64,000 nucleotides of DNA from an uncultured Leptotrichiaceae bacterium (GTDB lineage: Bacteria; Fusobacteriota; Fusobacteriia; Fusobacteriales; Leptotrichiaceae), in assembly GCA_963550915.1 (NCBI GenBank), contig CAUVEB010000007.1:8439-72438 (forward strand), in the 5' to 3' direction. Positions 38,820 through 48,516 of this stretch are shown here, piece after piece. Position 1 is the stretch's first letter. Every line of letters starts with the position of its first letter. The position numbers and the translations under genes are program-made. Under the pieces are notes generated by a model, which saw only the letters and a list, made by a program, of their open reading frames with translations, was not told the DNA's origin and made no database searches.

Positions 38820-41800
38820 TGTATTTAAAAGGCTTGGAATTAAATGGTTTTAAATCATTTTCAAGTAAGGTAAATCTTGATTTTACAAGAGGAATAACAG
38901 CAATAGTAGGGCCTAATGGTTCAGGTAAAAGTAATATACTAGATGCTATACTTTGGGTTCTTGGAGAACAAAGCTATAAATCTATACGTGCTAAAGATAG
39001 TACAGATGTAATATTCTCAGGTGGTAAAAATAGAAAAGCTAGAAGTACTGCAACTGTCAGCCTTATCATAAGCAATGAAGATAGATTTTTAGATATTGAA
39101 AGTGATGAGCTTGTAATAAGCCGTAGTATAAATAGAAATGGTGAAAATGAATATAGTATAAATGGTAAGAAAACAAGACTTAAAGATATTCATACACTAT
39201 TAATGGATACAGGTATAGGGAAACAAGCTTACTCTGTTATAGGTCAAGGTAAGGTTGAAAGAATAATAGCCTCATCTCCAACAGAGATAAGAGCAGTTAT
39301 TGATGAGGCAGCAGGTATAAAAAAAGCTAAGACAGAAAAAGAACTATCAAGTAAAAAACTTGGATTAGTTGAGTCTGAAATTGAAAAAATTGAATTAGTT
39401 GAAGAAGAACTTAAAAGACATTTAGACAAACTAGAACAAGATTCAAAAAAAGCAAGAACATATATGGCGTATACAAAGAAAATAAATGTATTAAAATATA
39501 TGCTCTTTTGTTATGTAAAAAAAGATGTAGAAAATAAATTATTAGAGTTAAATACAAATAAAGATGAAGTACAACAAAAATATGAATCTGCAAGCATAAA
39601 TTTAGAAGAAGTAATAAGAAAAATAGATGAGATAAATATAACAAAACAAGAAATAGAAAAGAATATAAAAGAACTTACTTTTCATTCTGAAGAAGATACA
39701 AATAAAGTTAAAGAATTTCAACAACTAGAAGTTGAATATATAACAAAAAAGGCTAATTTTAATGCAGATATAAGTATTAAAGAGCAAAGAATAAAAGAGC
39801 TTGAAAATAGAAAAGAAACACTAGAAAAGACACTTAATCAGTATGAGAAAGAACTTTTAGTTAAAAGAAAAGAATTAGAAAGTTTAGTTTTTAATAAAGA
39901 AAAATTAGATAATATAATAGCTTTAAATATAGAAACAAAAGAAAAATTAAATGCTAAAATTAAAGAATGCGAAAATAACTATAAGACATATGATGTTGAC
40001 AAACTAAGATTAAAGTTTGAAAATGAAGATTTAGAAAAAAGAATAGAAAAATCTAAATTAAGATTAGAGCAAATTTTAAAAGAAAAAGAAGATAGTTTAA
40101 AAAAATTAGAAAAAATTGGTGTTGAATTTAATCAAAAAGAACTTCTTGAACTAAAACAGCAAGAATTTGAAAAACTTAAAAGTACATATGAAAATCTAAA
40201 AAAGAGTAAACATGCCTTTCAATTAAATTACGATGAAATAAACACAAAATATCATAGTTTAAAAAATATAATAGAAAATCAAAAAAATATGAGTGCAGGT
40301 ATACAGTTTGTAACTCAAAAAGCAAAAGAAGATAAAAATGTTTTTGGCACATTAATAAGCATGATAGATATACCTATAAAATATCAAATGGCACTTTCAG
40401 TGGTAGCTGGATATTCATTTAATGATATAGTAGTAAAAGATAATGTTACAGCTAATAAGTATATTGAAATGCTTAAAAAGAATAAGACAGGTATAGCAAC
40501 ATTTATACCACTTGATAATATTAAAATAAAAAATATAAGTAATATTAAGTATGAAAATACTTTAGGATATGCAAGAGATTTAGTAAAAAATGTTAGTGGT
40601 AATGAGAGTATAAATAAGGCTATAAACTATGTTTTTTCAAATGCGATGGTTGTTGAAAAAATAGAAGACGGTCTTAAGCTTTCAAAAAGTTTAAATGATA
40701 AAATAGTAAGTTTAGACGGCGATATAATAAGTGCTACAGGTAGAATTACAGGTGGATATAACACAAGAAAAATAGATAATACTCTTTTAAAAATTAATGA
40801 ATTAAAAGAACTTGAACTAAAAAAAGAAACTAGTTTTAAAGAACTTGAAAAAATAAATAAGGGTATCACTGATATACAAAGTCAATTTGACTCATCAAGA
40901 GAAGAGTTAGAAAACTTAAAAACTAATTATTCAAACTATTTACATGAAAAGTTAAAAATTCAAAGAGAATTAGATACATACACTTTTGAAATAGATGAAA
41001 ATAATGAGTTTATAACAAATAAAACAAATGAAATTAAATCAAATGAAGAATTAATTACTGCTATATCTAAAAAAATAGTCGAAAATGAAAATGATTTAAA
41101 AAAATACATAAATGAATTAAATAATACGGCTTCATCAGATGAATATGAAAAAGAATTAAAAGAAGTTGAAATAAATATAGCTATATTAAGAGAAAAAGAA
41201 GAAAACTTAAACAGTAGATATGATGAAGTTAGAAATGATTTTAATTTAATCTTAAATGAATACACAACTATTAAAGAATTCTTAGATAAAAAAGATGAGA
41301 TATATAGCGATATTTCAAATAGTATTAATAAGATTAAAGAAGAAATTGAAAGTTTAAACAATAATGATATAAAACTTAAAGAAAATATCAATAATCTTAA
41401 TGTAGAGCATAAACAATTATCAGATGAGCATATAAAATCTTTAGGTGAAAAATCAGATTTAGAGATAAAAATTGTATCTTTTGAAAATGATATAAATAAT
41501 TTTTCTGAAAATATAAAAAGACTTAGTGAAAAACAATTAAACAATGATGAAAAATTATTAGAACTTGAAGATGAAAAAGAAGAAATATTAAATAACTACG
41601 AATATCAAGAAATAACTGATGAGATATATGCAAAAAATGTTGAAAAAAATATAAATATAAATGAAAAAAGTAGAGCAAATATTGGAAGTGTAAACTTAGA
41701 ATCTATAGAAGAATATGAACTTGAAAAAAATAAATATGAAAAACTAATAAATGACAAGTTTGACCTTCTAAAAAGTAAGGATAGTATCTTAGATTTAATA

Positions 41801-42274
41801 AATGAAATAGATGAAGATATTATTACTAAATTTGATAAAGCTATAACTAGCATTACATCTAATTTTGAATATATGTGTAAAGAGTTACTTCATAATGCAA
41901 AAGGAACTATAAGAATATTAAATCCTGAAGATATGCTAGAAACAGGTGTGGAACTTAGTATAAAATATAAGAATAAACCTGAACAAACTCTAACTTTGTT
42001 ATCTGGTGGAGAAAAGTCTATGTTAGCTCTTTCGTTTATACTTGCAATATTTATGTATAAACCATCACCATTTACATTTTTTGATGAAGTAGAGGCAGCA
42101 CTAGATGAGGCTAATACTAAAAAGATAATAAAGGTATTAAAAGAATTTATTGATAGATCTCAATTTATCCTTATAACTCATAATAAAGAGACTATGAAAG
42201 GTGCAAATAGACTTTATGGTGTAACTATGAATAAGGAAATAGGAGAATCAATGATAGTGAACGTTGATATATAA
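38819..42274 (+). CDS. smc: chromosome segregation protein SMC
   Basis: Walker A GPNGSGKSN, long coiled coils, hinge (GTLISMIDIP...), C-terminal LSGGEKSMLALSF and FFDEVEAALD; ATG overlaps the epimerase stop (TAATG) after AAGGAG. Confidence 0.95.
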   Translation: MYLKGLELNGFKSFSSKVNLDFTRGITAIVGPNGSGKSNILDAILWVLGEQSYKSIRAKDSTDVIFSGGKNRKARSTATVSLIISNEDRFLDIESDELVISRSINRNGENEYSINGKKTRLKDIHTLLMDTGIGKQAYSVIGQGKVERIIASSPTEIRAVIDEAAGIKKAKTEKELSSKKLGLVESEIEKIELVEEELKRHLDKLEQDSKKARTYMAYTKKINVLKYMLFCYVKKDVENKLLELNTNKDEVQQKYESASINLEEVIRKIDEINITKQEIEKNIKELTFHSEEDTNKVKEFQQLEVEYITKKANFNADISIKEQRIKELENRKETLEKTLNQYEKELLVKRKELESLVFNKEKLDNIIALNIETKEKLNAKIKECENNYKTYDVDKLRLKFENEDLEKRIEKSKLRLEQILKEKEDSLKKLEKIGVEFNQKELLELKQQEFEKLKSTYENLKKSKHAFQLNYDEINTKYHSLKNIIENQKNMSAGIQFVTQKAKEDKNVFGTLISMIDIPIKYQMALSVVAGYSFNDIVVKDNVTANKYIEMLKKNKTGIATFIPLDNIKIKNISNIKYENTLGYARDLVKNVSGNESINKAINYVFSNAMVVEKIEDGLKLSKSLNDKIVSLDGDIISATGRITGGYNTRKIDNTLLKINELKELELKKETSFKELEKINKGITDIQSQFDSSREELENLKTNYSNYLHEKLKIQRELDTYTFEIDENNEFITNKTNEIKSNEELITAISKKIVENENDLKKYINELNNTASSDEYEKELKEVEINIAILREKEENLNSRYDEVRNDFNLILNEYTTIKEFLDKKDEIYSDISNSINKIKEEIESLNNNDIKLKENINNLNVEHKQLSDEHIKSLGEKSDLEIKIVSFENDINNFSENIKRLSEKQLNNDEKLLELEDEKEEILNNYEYQEITDEIYAKNVEKNININEKSRANIGSVNLESIEEYELEKNKYEKLINDKFDLLKSKDSILDLINEIDEDIITKFDKAITSITSNFEYMCKELLHNAKGTIRILNPEDMLETGVELSIKYKNKPEQTLTLLSGGEKSMLALSFILAIFMYKPSPFTFFDEVEAALDEANTKKIIKVLKEFIDRSQFILITHNKETMKGANRLYGVTMNKEIGESMIVNVDI

Positions 42275-42290
42275 TTCAAGGAGGATTACA

Positions 42291-43442
42291 ATGAAAAAAA
42301 TAATAATTATTCTTTTGTTTTTTATTAATACCTTAGTATATTCATTTGAATATATAGAGATATATAACGAGAATAGACCAGATTACATAGATTTTAATTT
42401 TGCATTTGATAAATATGTTCCAGTTGACAAAGATATATATGTATTTGCTAAAAAATCGTTAAATTATCGTGAAAAGCCAACGGTAAAATCAAAAATACTT
42501 GGTAAATTAAAATCACATCAAACATTAAAAACTACAGCTTTAGTAGATGATGAAGGTGTTAAATGGTATGAAGTGGTAACAAAAGATGATAAATTTGCAT
42601 ATATTAGAAGTGATTTAGTTATAAAACGTGAATATAATTTTGCAAGAGCAGTAGAAAAAGCAGATATATTTAATGAATTTATTGAACAATATAAAGGGAA
42701 TATTAAAATAGTATCAAAATATGTTCCTTTAATTGAAGAAGAAGTTCCAAATAAAAAAGATAAGTTTGGTAATAGAGAAAGCCAAAGTATAAGAGTTTAT
42801 ACAGACAAGAAAAAAACAACTTATATCAATCTACCAGACAGATCCCTATTTGCTATAATAGATGAAACAGAAAATGACTATGTAATAGTTACTAGTGCAT
42901 ATGGAGCACCTTACTATATGCCTAAGAAAAATAAGAAATATATAAGAGAAAGTAATATAGAAGAAAAAATAAATAAATTTATCTTTGTAAGTAAACATAG
43001 TCAAAATCAAATTACTTATGAGAGAAATGTAAATACAAACAGATATAATATACTAGCAACGGGTTATGTTACAACAGGAAGAGATAGTGAACACGGATAT
43101 TCAACACCTAGTGGACAATTTTTAGTAGCAATAACAAAACCTGTAATGAAATATACTTCAGATATTGAAAAAGATAAGATAATAGGAGACGCACTATATG
43201 CAATAAGATTTTCAGGTGGTGCATATCTTCACGGTATACCTTCAACTTATGAACCTGAAGAAGGAAGAGATGCAAGAAAAAAATATACAGCATCTAAACT
43301 TGGAACTTATCCATTATCACATAAATGTATTAGAAACCAAGATGATACAGTTAAATTCCTTTATGACTGGATAGGAGTTAAAAGTGTAAACAAAGCTGGG
43401 CATAGAACACCACTTGAACCTGTGGTAGTTATAGTTGAATAA
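42291..43442 (+). CDS. secreted L,D-transpeptidase (YkuD fold) with SH3-like N-terminal domain
   Basis: Signal peptide; SH3b-like LNYREKPTVKSKILGKL...; catalytic region YLHGIP...SHKCIRN; ATG 42291 follows AAGGAGGA. Confidence 0.75.
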   Translation: MKKIIIILLFFINTLVYSFEYIEIYNENRPDYIDFNFAFDKYVPVDKDIYVFAKKSLNYREKPTVKSKILGKLKSHQTLKTTALVDDEGVKWYEVVTKDDKFAYIRSDLVIKREYNFARAVEKADIFNEFIEQYKGNIKIVSKYVPLIEEEVPNKKDKFGNRESQSIRVYTDKKKTTYINLPDRSLFAIIDETENDYVIVTSAYGAPYYMPKKNKKYIRESNIEEKINKFIFVSKHSQNQITYERNVNTNRYNILATGYVTTGRDSEHGYSTPSGQFLVAITKPVMKYTSDIEKDKIIGDALYAIRFSGGAYLHGIPSTYEPEEGRDARKKYTASKLGTYPLSHKCIRNQDDTVKFLYDWIGVKSVNKAGHRTPLEPVVVIVE

Positions 43443-43468
43443 TATATAAATAAATAGGAGGAATATAT

Positions 43469-45199
43469 ATGGAAAATTATATCAAAAAATATAACGAATG
43501 GTTAAACCATGATAAACTTGATGAAGATTTAAGAAAAGAACTTATTAACTTAAAAGATAATGAGGAAGCTATAAAAGATAGTTTTTATCAAGAGTTAGTA
43601 TTTGGAACTGCAGGACTAAGAGGAAAACTTGGAGCAGGTACAAATAGAATGAATAGACTTGTTATAGCAAGAGCAACAAGAGCTTTAGCTAATGTAATTT
43701 TATCTTATGGACAAGAGTATGCAAAAAAAGGGATAGCAATAGCTTATGACTGTAGAATAATGTCGCCTGAATTTGCAAAAGAAGCTGCAACAATAATGGC
43801 AAGTGCTGGAATTAAAACATACTTATTTGAAAGTTTAAGACCTACACCTGAATTATCATTTGCAGTTAGATATCTTGGTTGTGTATCAGGTATAAACATT
43901 ACAGCATCACATAATCCAAAAGAATATAATGGATATAAGGTGTACTGGGATGAAGGTTCACAAATAAAAGATGATATAGCAAGTAAAGTATTAGAACAAA
44001 TGAATAAACTTAGTTTATTTGAAGAATATAAGACAATATCATACGAAAAAGCAATTGAAGACAAAATGCTTGAAATAATTGGTGAAAAAGTAGATAGAGC
44101 ATATTATGATGAAGTAAAAAAACAATCTTTAAAATCTGATGAAGTTCTAGATAAAAGTATAAGAATAGTTTACACACCACTTAACGGAGCAGGTAATAAG
44201 GGAGTAAGACAAGTTCTTGATGAAATGGGATACAAAAACGTATTTGTTGTACCTGAACAAGAAAATCCAGACGGGCATTTTCCAACAATAGGATATCCAA
44301 ACCCTGAATTTGTAAGTGTATTTGAATACGCAGATAAATTATGTGGAAAAGTAGATGGAGAAATTATCATAGCAACAGACCCTGACGCAGATAGACTTGC
44401 AGTTGAAGTGAATCATAAAGGTAAGATAATACCTTTAAATGGTAACCAAACAGGAGTTTTATTAATTAATTATTTAGTTTCTTCATTATATGAAAATGGT
44501 ACATTACCTAAAAATTCTATTATGGTAAAATCAATAGTTACAGGAGAAATGGGTAGTGCAGTTTGTAAAAAATATGGTGTTGAGATGATAAGCGTTTTAA
44601 CAGGATTTAAAAATATTTGTGCCTTATCTAATTTATATGCAAAAACTAAAGAAAAAACATATATCTTTGGTTATGAAGAAAGTGTTGGATATAATATAGG
44701 GACATTTGTAAGAGATAAAGACGGAGTTACAGCTTCATTAGTACTTGCAGAAATGGCAGCATACTACAAAAAACAAGGTAAGACTTTAATAGATGTGCTA
44801 TATGAACTATTTGAAGAATTTGGATACTACAAAGAAAAAGGTGTATCAATTGTATTAGAAGGTGTTGAAGGACAACAAAGAATTGCAAGAATGATGAAAG
44901 AATTTAGAAATCTTTATCCAAAACAAATTATGGGAGTAAATGTTAGAGAAATAACAGACTATGACAAGCAAGAAATAATAAATGCTAAAACTGGAGAAGT
45001 AACAAAAATAGACATTGAAAAACAAAATGCATTTAAGGTAATATATGATGATGATAGTTGGTATACATTAAGACCTTCAGGAACAGAACCAAAAATTAAA
45101 TTTTACCTATATGTTAAAGATGAAAAAGAAGAAGTTTCACAAAATAAATTAGAAGAATTTGAAAGGGTTGTATTAGAAATAATACATTCAATTAAATAA
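43469..45199 (+). CDS. phosphoglucomutase/phosphomannomutase (alpha-D-phosphohexomutase)
   Basis: Active-site TASHNPKEYNGYK, metal loop DPDADR, GYEESVG sugar-binding loop, RPSGTEPKIK phosphate loop. Confidence 0.9.
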   Translation: MENYIKKYNEWLNHDKLDEDLRKELINLKDNEEAIKDSFYQELVFGTAGLRGKLGAGTNRMNRLVIARATRALANVILSYGQEYAKKGIAIAYDCRIMSPEFAKEAATIMASAGIKTYLFESLRPTPELSFAVRYLGCVSGINITASHNPKEYNGYKVYWDEGSQIKDDIASKVLEQMNKLSLFEEYKTISYEKAIEDKMLEIIGEKVDRAYYDEVKKQSLKSDEVLDKSIRIVYTPLNGAGNKGVRQVLDEMGYKNVFVVPEQENPDGHFPTIGYPNPEFVSVFEYADKLCGKVDGEIIIATDPDADRLAVEVNHKGKIIPLNGNQTGVLLINYLVSSLYENGTLPKNSIMVKSIVTGEMGSAVCKKYGVEMISVLTGFKNICALSNLYAKTKEKTYIFGYEESVGYNIGTFVRDKDGVTASLVLAEMAAYYKKQGKTLIDVLYELFEEFGYYKEKGVSIVLEGVEGQQRIARMMKEFRNLYPKQIMGVNVREITDYDKQEIINAKTGEVTKIDIEKQNAFKVIYDDDSWYTLRPSGTEPKIKFYLYVKDEKEEVSQNKLEEFERVVLEIIHSIK

Positions 45200-45864
45200 T
45201 GGATATATTAAATACTATTAAAAAAAATATTATAAAAATGCTAATTTTAGCAATTAGCTTTTCAGCTATTTCATACGTATTTGTAGGATTTATACAAATG
45301 CAAAAAATATCTGTTAATGTATATGTTAATGATAAATATCTAAAAGAAATGAATGATGACGCTAAATATATATTAAGTTCTTATGACTTTAATACTTATT
45401 TAATGAATAATTCTTCAAAAATTAAAGATATTTTTTCTAAAACAAGTGAAAATGAACTGTCAAAAAACATTTTAGTTGAAAAACCTAATAACGAAAGTAT
45501 ATTAAAGATAACATTTGTTACTAAAAATAAGGAAAATGGTATAGAATTTGCAAAAGAATATGTAAAACTTGCAAATGAATATATAAAAAATACTCAGCTA
45601 GAATATTTTACAAAAATGACAAATACACTTGAAAAACAGTATGATGAACTTAATAAAAAAACTAAAATACTTGAATATAGAGATGCACAAGCAGATAGCA
45701 CAATTTCTAAATTAATCTTTTACAAACAAATAAAAGAAGATAAAAATGATGTTGTAAGATTAACTAATTTTGTTGTTAAAGGTAAATATAATAAGAAAAT
45801 AATAGTTTTAGGATCATTTTTACTAGCTTTTGCCCTTGTAATCTTTAAAGAAGAGTTAAATTAA
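45199..45864 (+). CDS. Wzz-like polysaccharide chain-length determinant (short form)
   Basis: 221 aa with TM helices at both ends and a coiled-coil-prone extracytoplasmic middle; ATG overlaps the phosphohexomutase stop. Family call rests on topology and context only. Confidence 0.45.
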   Translation: MDILNTIKKNIIKMLILAISFSAISYVFVGFIQMQKISVNVYVNDKYLKEMNDDAKYILSSYDFNTYLMNNSSKIKDIFSKTSENELSKNILVEKPNNESILKITFVTKNKENGIEFAKEYVKLANEYIKNTQLEYFTKMTNTLEKQYDELNKKTKILEYRDAQADSTISKLIFYKQIKEDKNDVVRLTNFVVKGKYNKKIIVLGSFLLAFALVIFKEELN

Positions 45865-45866
45865 AA

Positions 45867-45892
45867 AAAGATATGCCTATTGGCATATCTTT
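45867..45892. terminator. bidirectional terminator between convergent genes
   Basis: 11-bp stem aaagatatgcc/ggcatatcttt, loop tatt, with an A-run upstream and T-run downstream. Confidence 0.8.
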
Positions 45893-47043
45893 TATTTTAC
45901 AGCTTTTAAATTTTTCATTGCTTGTTCTAAATCTTCTATAAGATCTTCAGTATCTTCGATTCCTACAGAAAAACGTATAAGTCCACTTGTAACACCTTGT
46001 TTTATTCTTTCTTCTTCAGGCATGCAAGCATGTGACATTTTCCATGGATATGATAGTATTGATTCAACACCACCTAAACTTACTGCTATAATAGGTATTT
46101 TAACATTGCAGAAAACTTCTTTTACAGCCTCGCAGTTTTCAAGTTCAAATGATAGTACTGCACCACCACTAGAGCATTGCTTATTATGTATATCATAACC
46201 TATATGTGTTTTAAGCCCTGGGTAATATACCTTTTTAACAGCCTTATGATTTTGAAGAAACTCTGCTATTTTCATTGCAGTTTTAACAGACTGATCCATA
46301 CGTATTTTCATTGTTTTAAGCCCTCTCATTAAAAGCCAGCATTCATCAATACCAGGAAGAGCTCCAAATACAATTTGCTGTTTTTTTAGTATTGTATATA
46401 GATTATCACAATTAAAGGCAACAATACCCATAATTACGTCACTATGTCCATTTAAAAATTTTGTTGCACTGTGTATTATAATATCAACACCTAAAGACGT
46501 TGCATTTAGATATTGTGGTGTCATAAAAGTTGCATCAATTATAGTTTTAATATTGTGTTTTTTAGCAATATCACAAACTCCTTTAATGTCCGTAATTTTA
46601 AGAGTAGGATTTGATGGAGTTTCTATATAAAAAGCTTTAGTATTAGCTTTTATAGCTTTTTCCCATTCATCTAAATTAGTTTCATCTATAAAACTTACTT
46701 CAATACCAAATCTAGGGAATATTTCTGTTGCAAGTTGAAAAGTACCACCATAAACATCTTTACACATAACGATGTGATCGCCTTTTGCAAAACTCAGTAG
46801 CACAGAAGTTATAGCTGCCATTCCAGATGAGAAAGCGAGTGCATATTTTGTCTGCTCTAAACTTGCAATAGCCTTTTCTACAGCATCTCTTGTTGGATTT
46901 CCAAAACGAGAGTAAGTATATTGTTGATTTTGATCGATATCGCATTGATGAAATGTAGAAGCTTGACATATTGGAATAGATGACGCTCCCGTATTTTTAT
47001 CAACCATATCGTAACCATGTATAATTTTAGTACCGAATTTCAT
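45892..47043 (-). CDS. Cys/Met-metabolism PLP-dependent lyase (cystathionine beta-lyase / gamma-synthase family)
   Basis: Family-typical N-terminus TKIIHG...SSIPICQASTF and PLP-lysine context HSATKFLNGHSD. Confidence 0.85.
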   Translation of the reverse strand: MKFGTKIIHGYDMVDKNTGASSIPICQASTFHQCDIDQNQQYTYSRFGNPTRDAVEKAIASLEQTKYALAFSSGMAAITSVLLSFAKGDHIVMCKDVYGGTFQLATEIFPRFGIEVSFIDETNLDEWEKAIKANTKAFYIETPSNPTLKITDIKGVCDIAKKHNIKTIIDATFMTPQYLNATSLGVDIIIHSATKFLNGHSDVIMGIVAFNCDNLYTILKKQQIVFGALPGIDECWLLMRGLKTMKIRMDQSVKTAMKIAEFLQNHKAVKKVYYPGLKTHIGYDIHNKQCSSGGAVLSFELENCEAVKEVFCNVKIPIIAVSLGGVESILSYPWKMSHACMPEEERIKQGVTSGLIRFSVGIEDTEDLIEDLEQAMKNLKAVK

Positions 47044-47292
47044 AACCCACCTCTTTAATATAATCTAGTATATTATACCCATAAAAATGAATTTTATCAA
47101 TTATAAAGTTAAAAAAGTAACAAATATATAATATATGTAAATAGCAAATCATAAAGTAGTTAATGAAAAATGTTAAATATGTAATGTTAAGTTTAAAAAA
47201 TAAAGTTTAAAAAAATACCCATGAATGGTACACTGATACAAAGTTGTCTAAAAATATGAGATGCAACTTTTAAGAAAGGGGTAATAATTAAA

Positions 47293-48096
47293 ATGAAAAG
47301 AATATTAACATGTTTATTAATAATGCAATCACTATCATTTGCAAAAAGTGGAATAGAAGTAAAAGTTGGGGTAAATATGTCGGCAGCAAGAGAAGAAGCT
47401 CTATTTTACAATTTGTATAAGGATAAAGGGTTTTCAAAAGCTTATGAAGATGCGGCACTAGCATCACTAAGAAAAAATGAAATTGCTGGAGAAATAGAAA
47501 CAAAAGTACTAAAAAGTATAAAAGTAAGTCCTAGTGTAAATGTAAAAATTGGTGGAGGACTAAGTATATATTTAAATAAGTCAAGCAAACTTACAACAGG
47601 ATTTAAACAAAGAAGAACTAAAGCAATTCCTCAACAAAATGGAACAACAAAAATAATAAATACTGCAGAACTTCCTGATATTAGTGGTGGTGCAGGTATA
47701 ACTCCAGACACTAATATTGCTGAAGCACTGTTTAATAAAAATAATGTTACATTTGAGAATCGTACTGGATACAATATAACAACATTTGGTACACTTGAAG
47801 TTGCAAAAATATTAAGATCAGATTTATCAATATATGGTGGTGCAGATTTAGGTCTTGATATAGCATTACAAGAAAAAATATTTGAATCAACTATCCATGA
47901 TAATATTTATAATGGTAATGGTAGTGATGATTTTAAAGGAAAAGAAGCGTATCGTTTCTTAATTGAAAGAAGAACAAAATACTTACCAAGAGTAAAAGGA
48001 TACTTTGGAGTAGATTATAATAATTTTGAATTTGAAGTTGGAGCTGGATATCCACAACTTATAAAAGTGGGTGTTGGTTATAGATTTAAGTTTTAA
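47293..48096 (+). CDS. probable outer-membrane beta-barrel protein
   Basis: Signal peptide (SLSFA|KSG), alternating-hydrophobicity strands, C-terminal GVGYRFKF ending in Phe. Confidence 0.55.
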   Translation: MKRILTCLLIMQSLSFAKSGIEVKVGVNMSAAREEALFYNLYKDKGFSKAYEDAALASLRKNEIAGEIETKVLKSIKVSPSVNVKIGGGLSIYLNKSSKLTTGFKQRRTKAIPQQNGTTKIINTAELPDISGGAGITPDTNIAEALFNKNNVTFENRTGYNITTFGTLEVAKILRSDLSIYGGADLGLDIALQEKIFESTIHDNIYNGNGSDDFKGKEAYRFLIERRTKYLPRVKGYFGVDYNNFEFEVGAGYPQLIKVGVGYRFKF

Positions 48097-48102
48097 TAAT
48101 GT

Positions 48103-48131
48103 AAAGCTATATCTTATGATATAGCTTTTTT
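48103..48131 (+). terminator. intrinsic terminator
   Basis: 10-bp stem aaagctatat/atatagcttt followed by T-run. Confidence 0.75.
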
Positions 48132-48151
48132 ATTGTGTCAATAAAAAAAGC

Positions 48152-48180
48152 TTGACAAGTATTTCTTTTTGTTATAAAAT
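48152..48180 (+). promoter_or_regulatory. near-consensus sigma-70 promoter (TTGACA-17-TAAAAT)
   Basis: Read directly; the -10 ends 9 nt before the ylxM ATG and there is no SD in between. Confidence 0.55.
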
Positions 48181-48189
48181 GTCTTTGTT

Positions 48190-48516
48190 ATGAAAGAAAT
48201 TGATGATTTTGTACGATATTCAATATTGTTTTCAGTATATAAGTCTTTATTTTCAGGGAAACAAAAAATATATCTTGAAGCGTTTTTAGAAGAGGATAAT
48301 TCTTTTTCAGAAATAGCACAAGCATTAAATGTTAGTAGACAAGCAGTTTTTGATAATATAAAGAAGGCTTGTAAAAAACTTGATTTTTATGAAGAAAACT
48401 TAAATATACTAGAAAGCGAAAAAGAATATCTTGTAAAACTAAAAAAATTAAAAAAAGAATTTACAATTGAAAATTTAGATAAGCTAATAAGTGAATTGGA
48501 AGGTACAAATGTTTGA
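48190..48516 (+). CDS. ylxM: YlxM/UPF0122 helix-turn-helix protein
   Basis: Collinear with B. subtilis YlxM from residue 1 (..LFxxYxSLxxxKQKxY...SxxEIAxxxxVSRQAVxDNIKK); lies immediately upstream of ffh. Confidence 0.8.
   Translation: MKEIDDFVRYSILFSVYKSLFSGKQKIYLEAFLEEDNSFSEIAQALNVSRQAVFDNIKKACKKLDFYEENLNILESEKEYLVKLKKLKKEFTIENLDKLISELEGTNV

Noticed and set aside
40960-41544. 194-aa ORF antisense to smc, plus similar shorter antisense ORFs at 538, 2918, 16744, 26710, 43744, 50469, 56283, 58541, 61896 and elsewhere
   Set aside because: All are nested opposite strongly supported genes. They are Ser/Phe/Leu/Ile-rich (the reverse complement of Lys/Glu/Asn-rich codons) and lack SD sequences.
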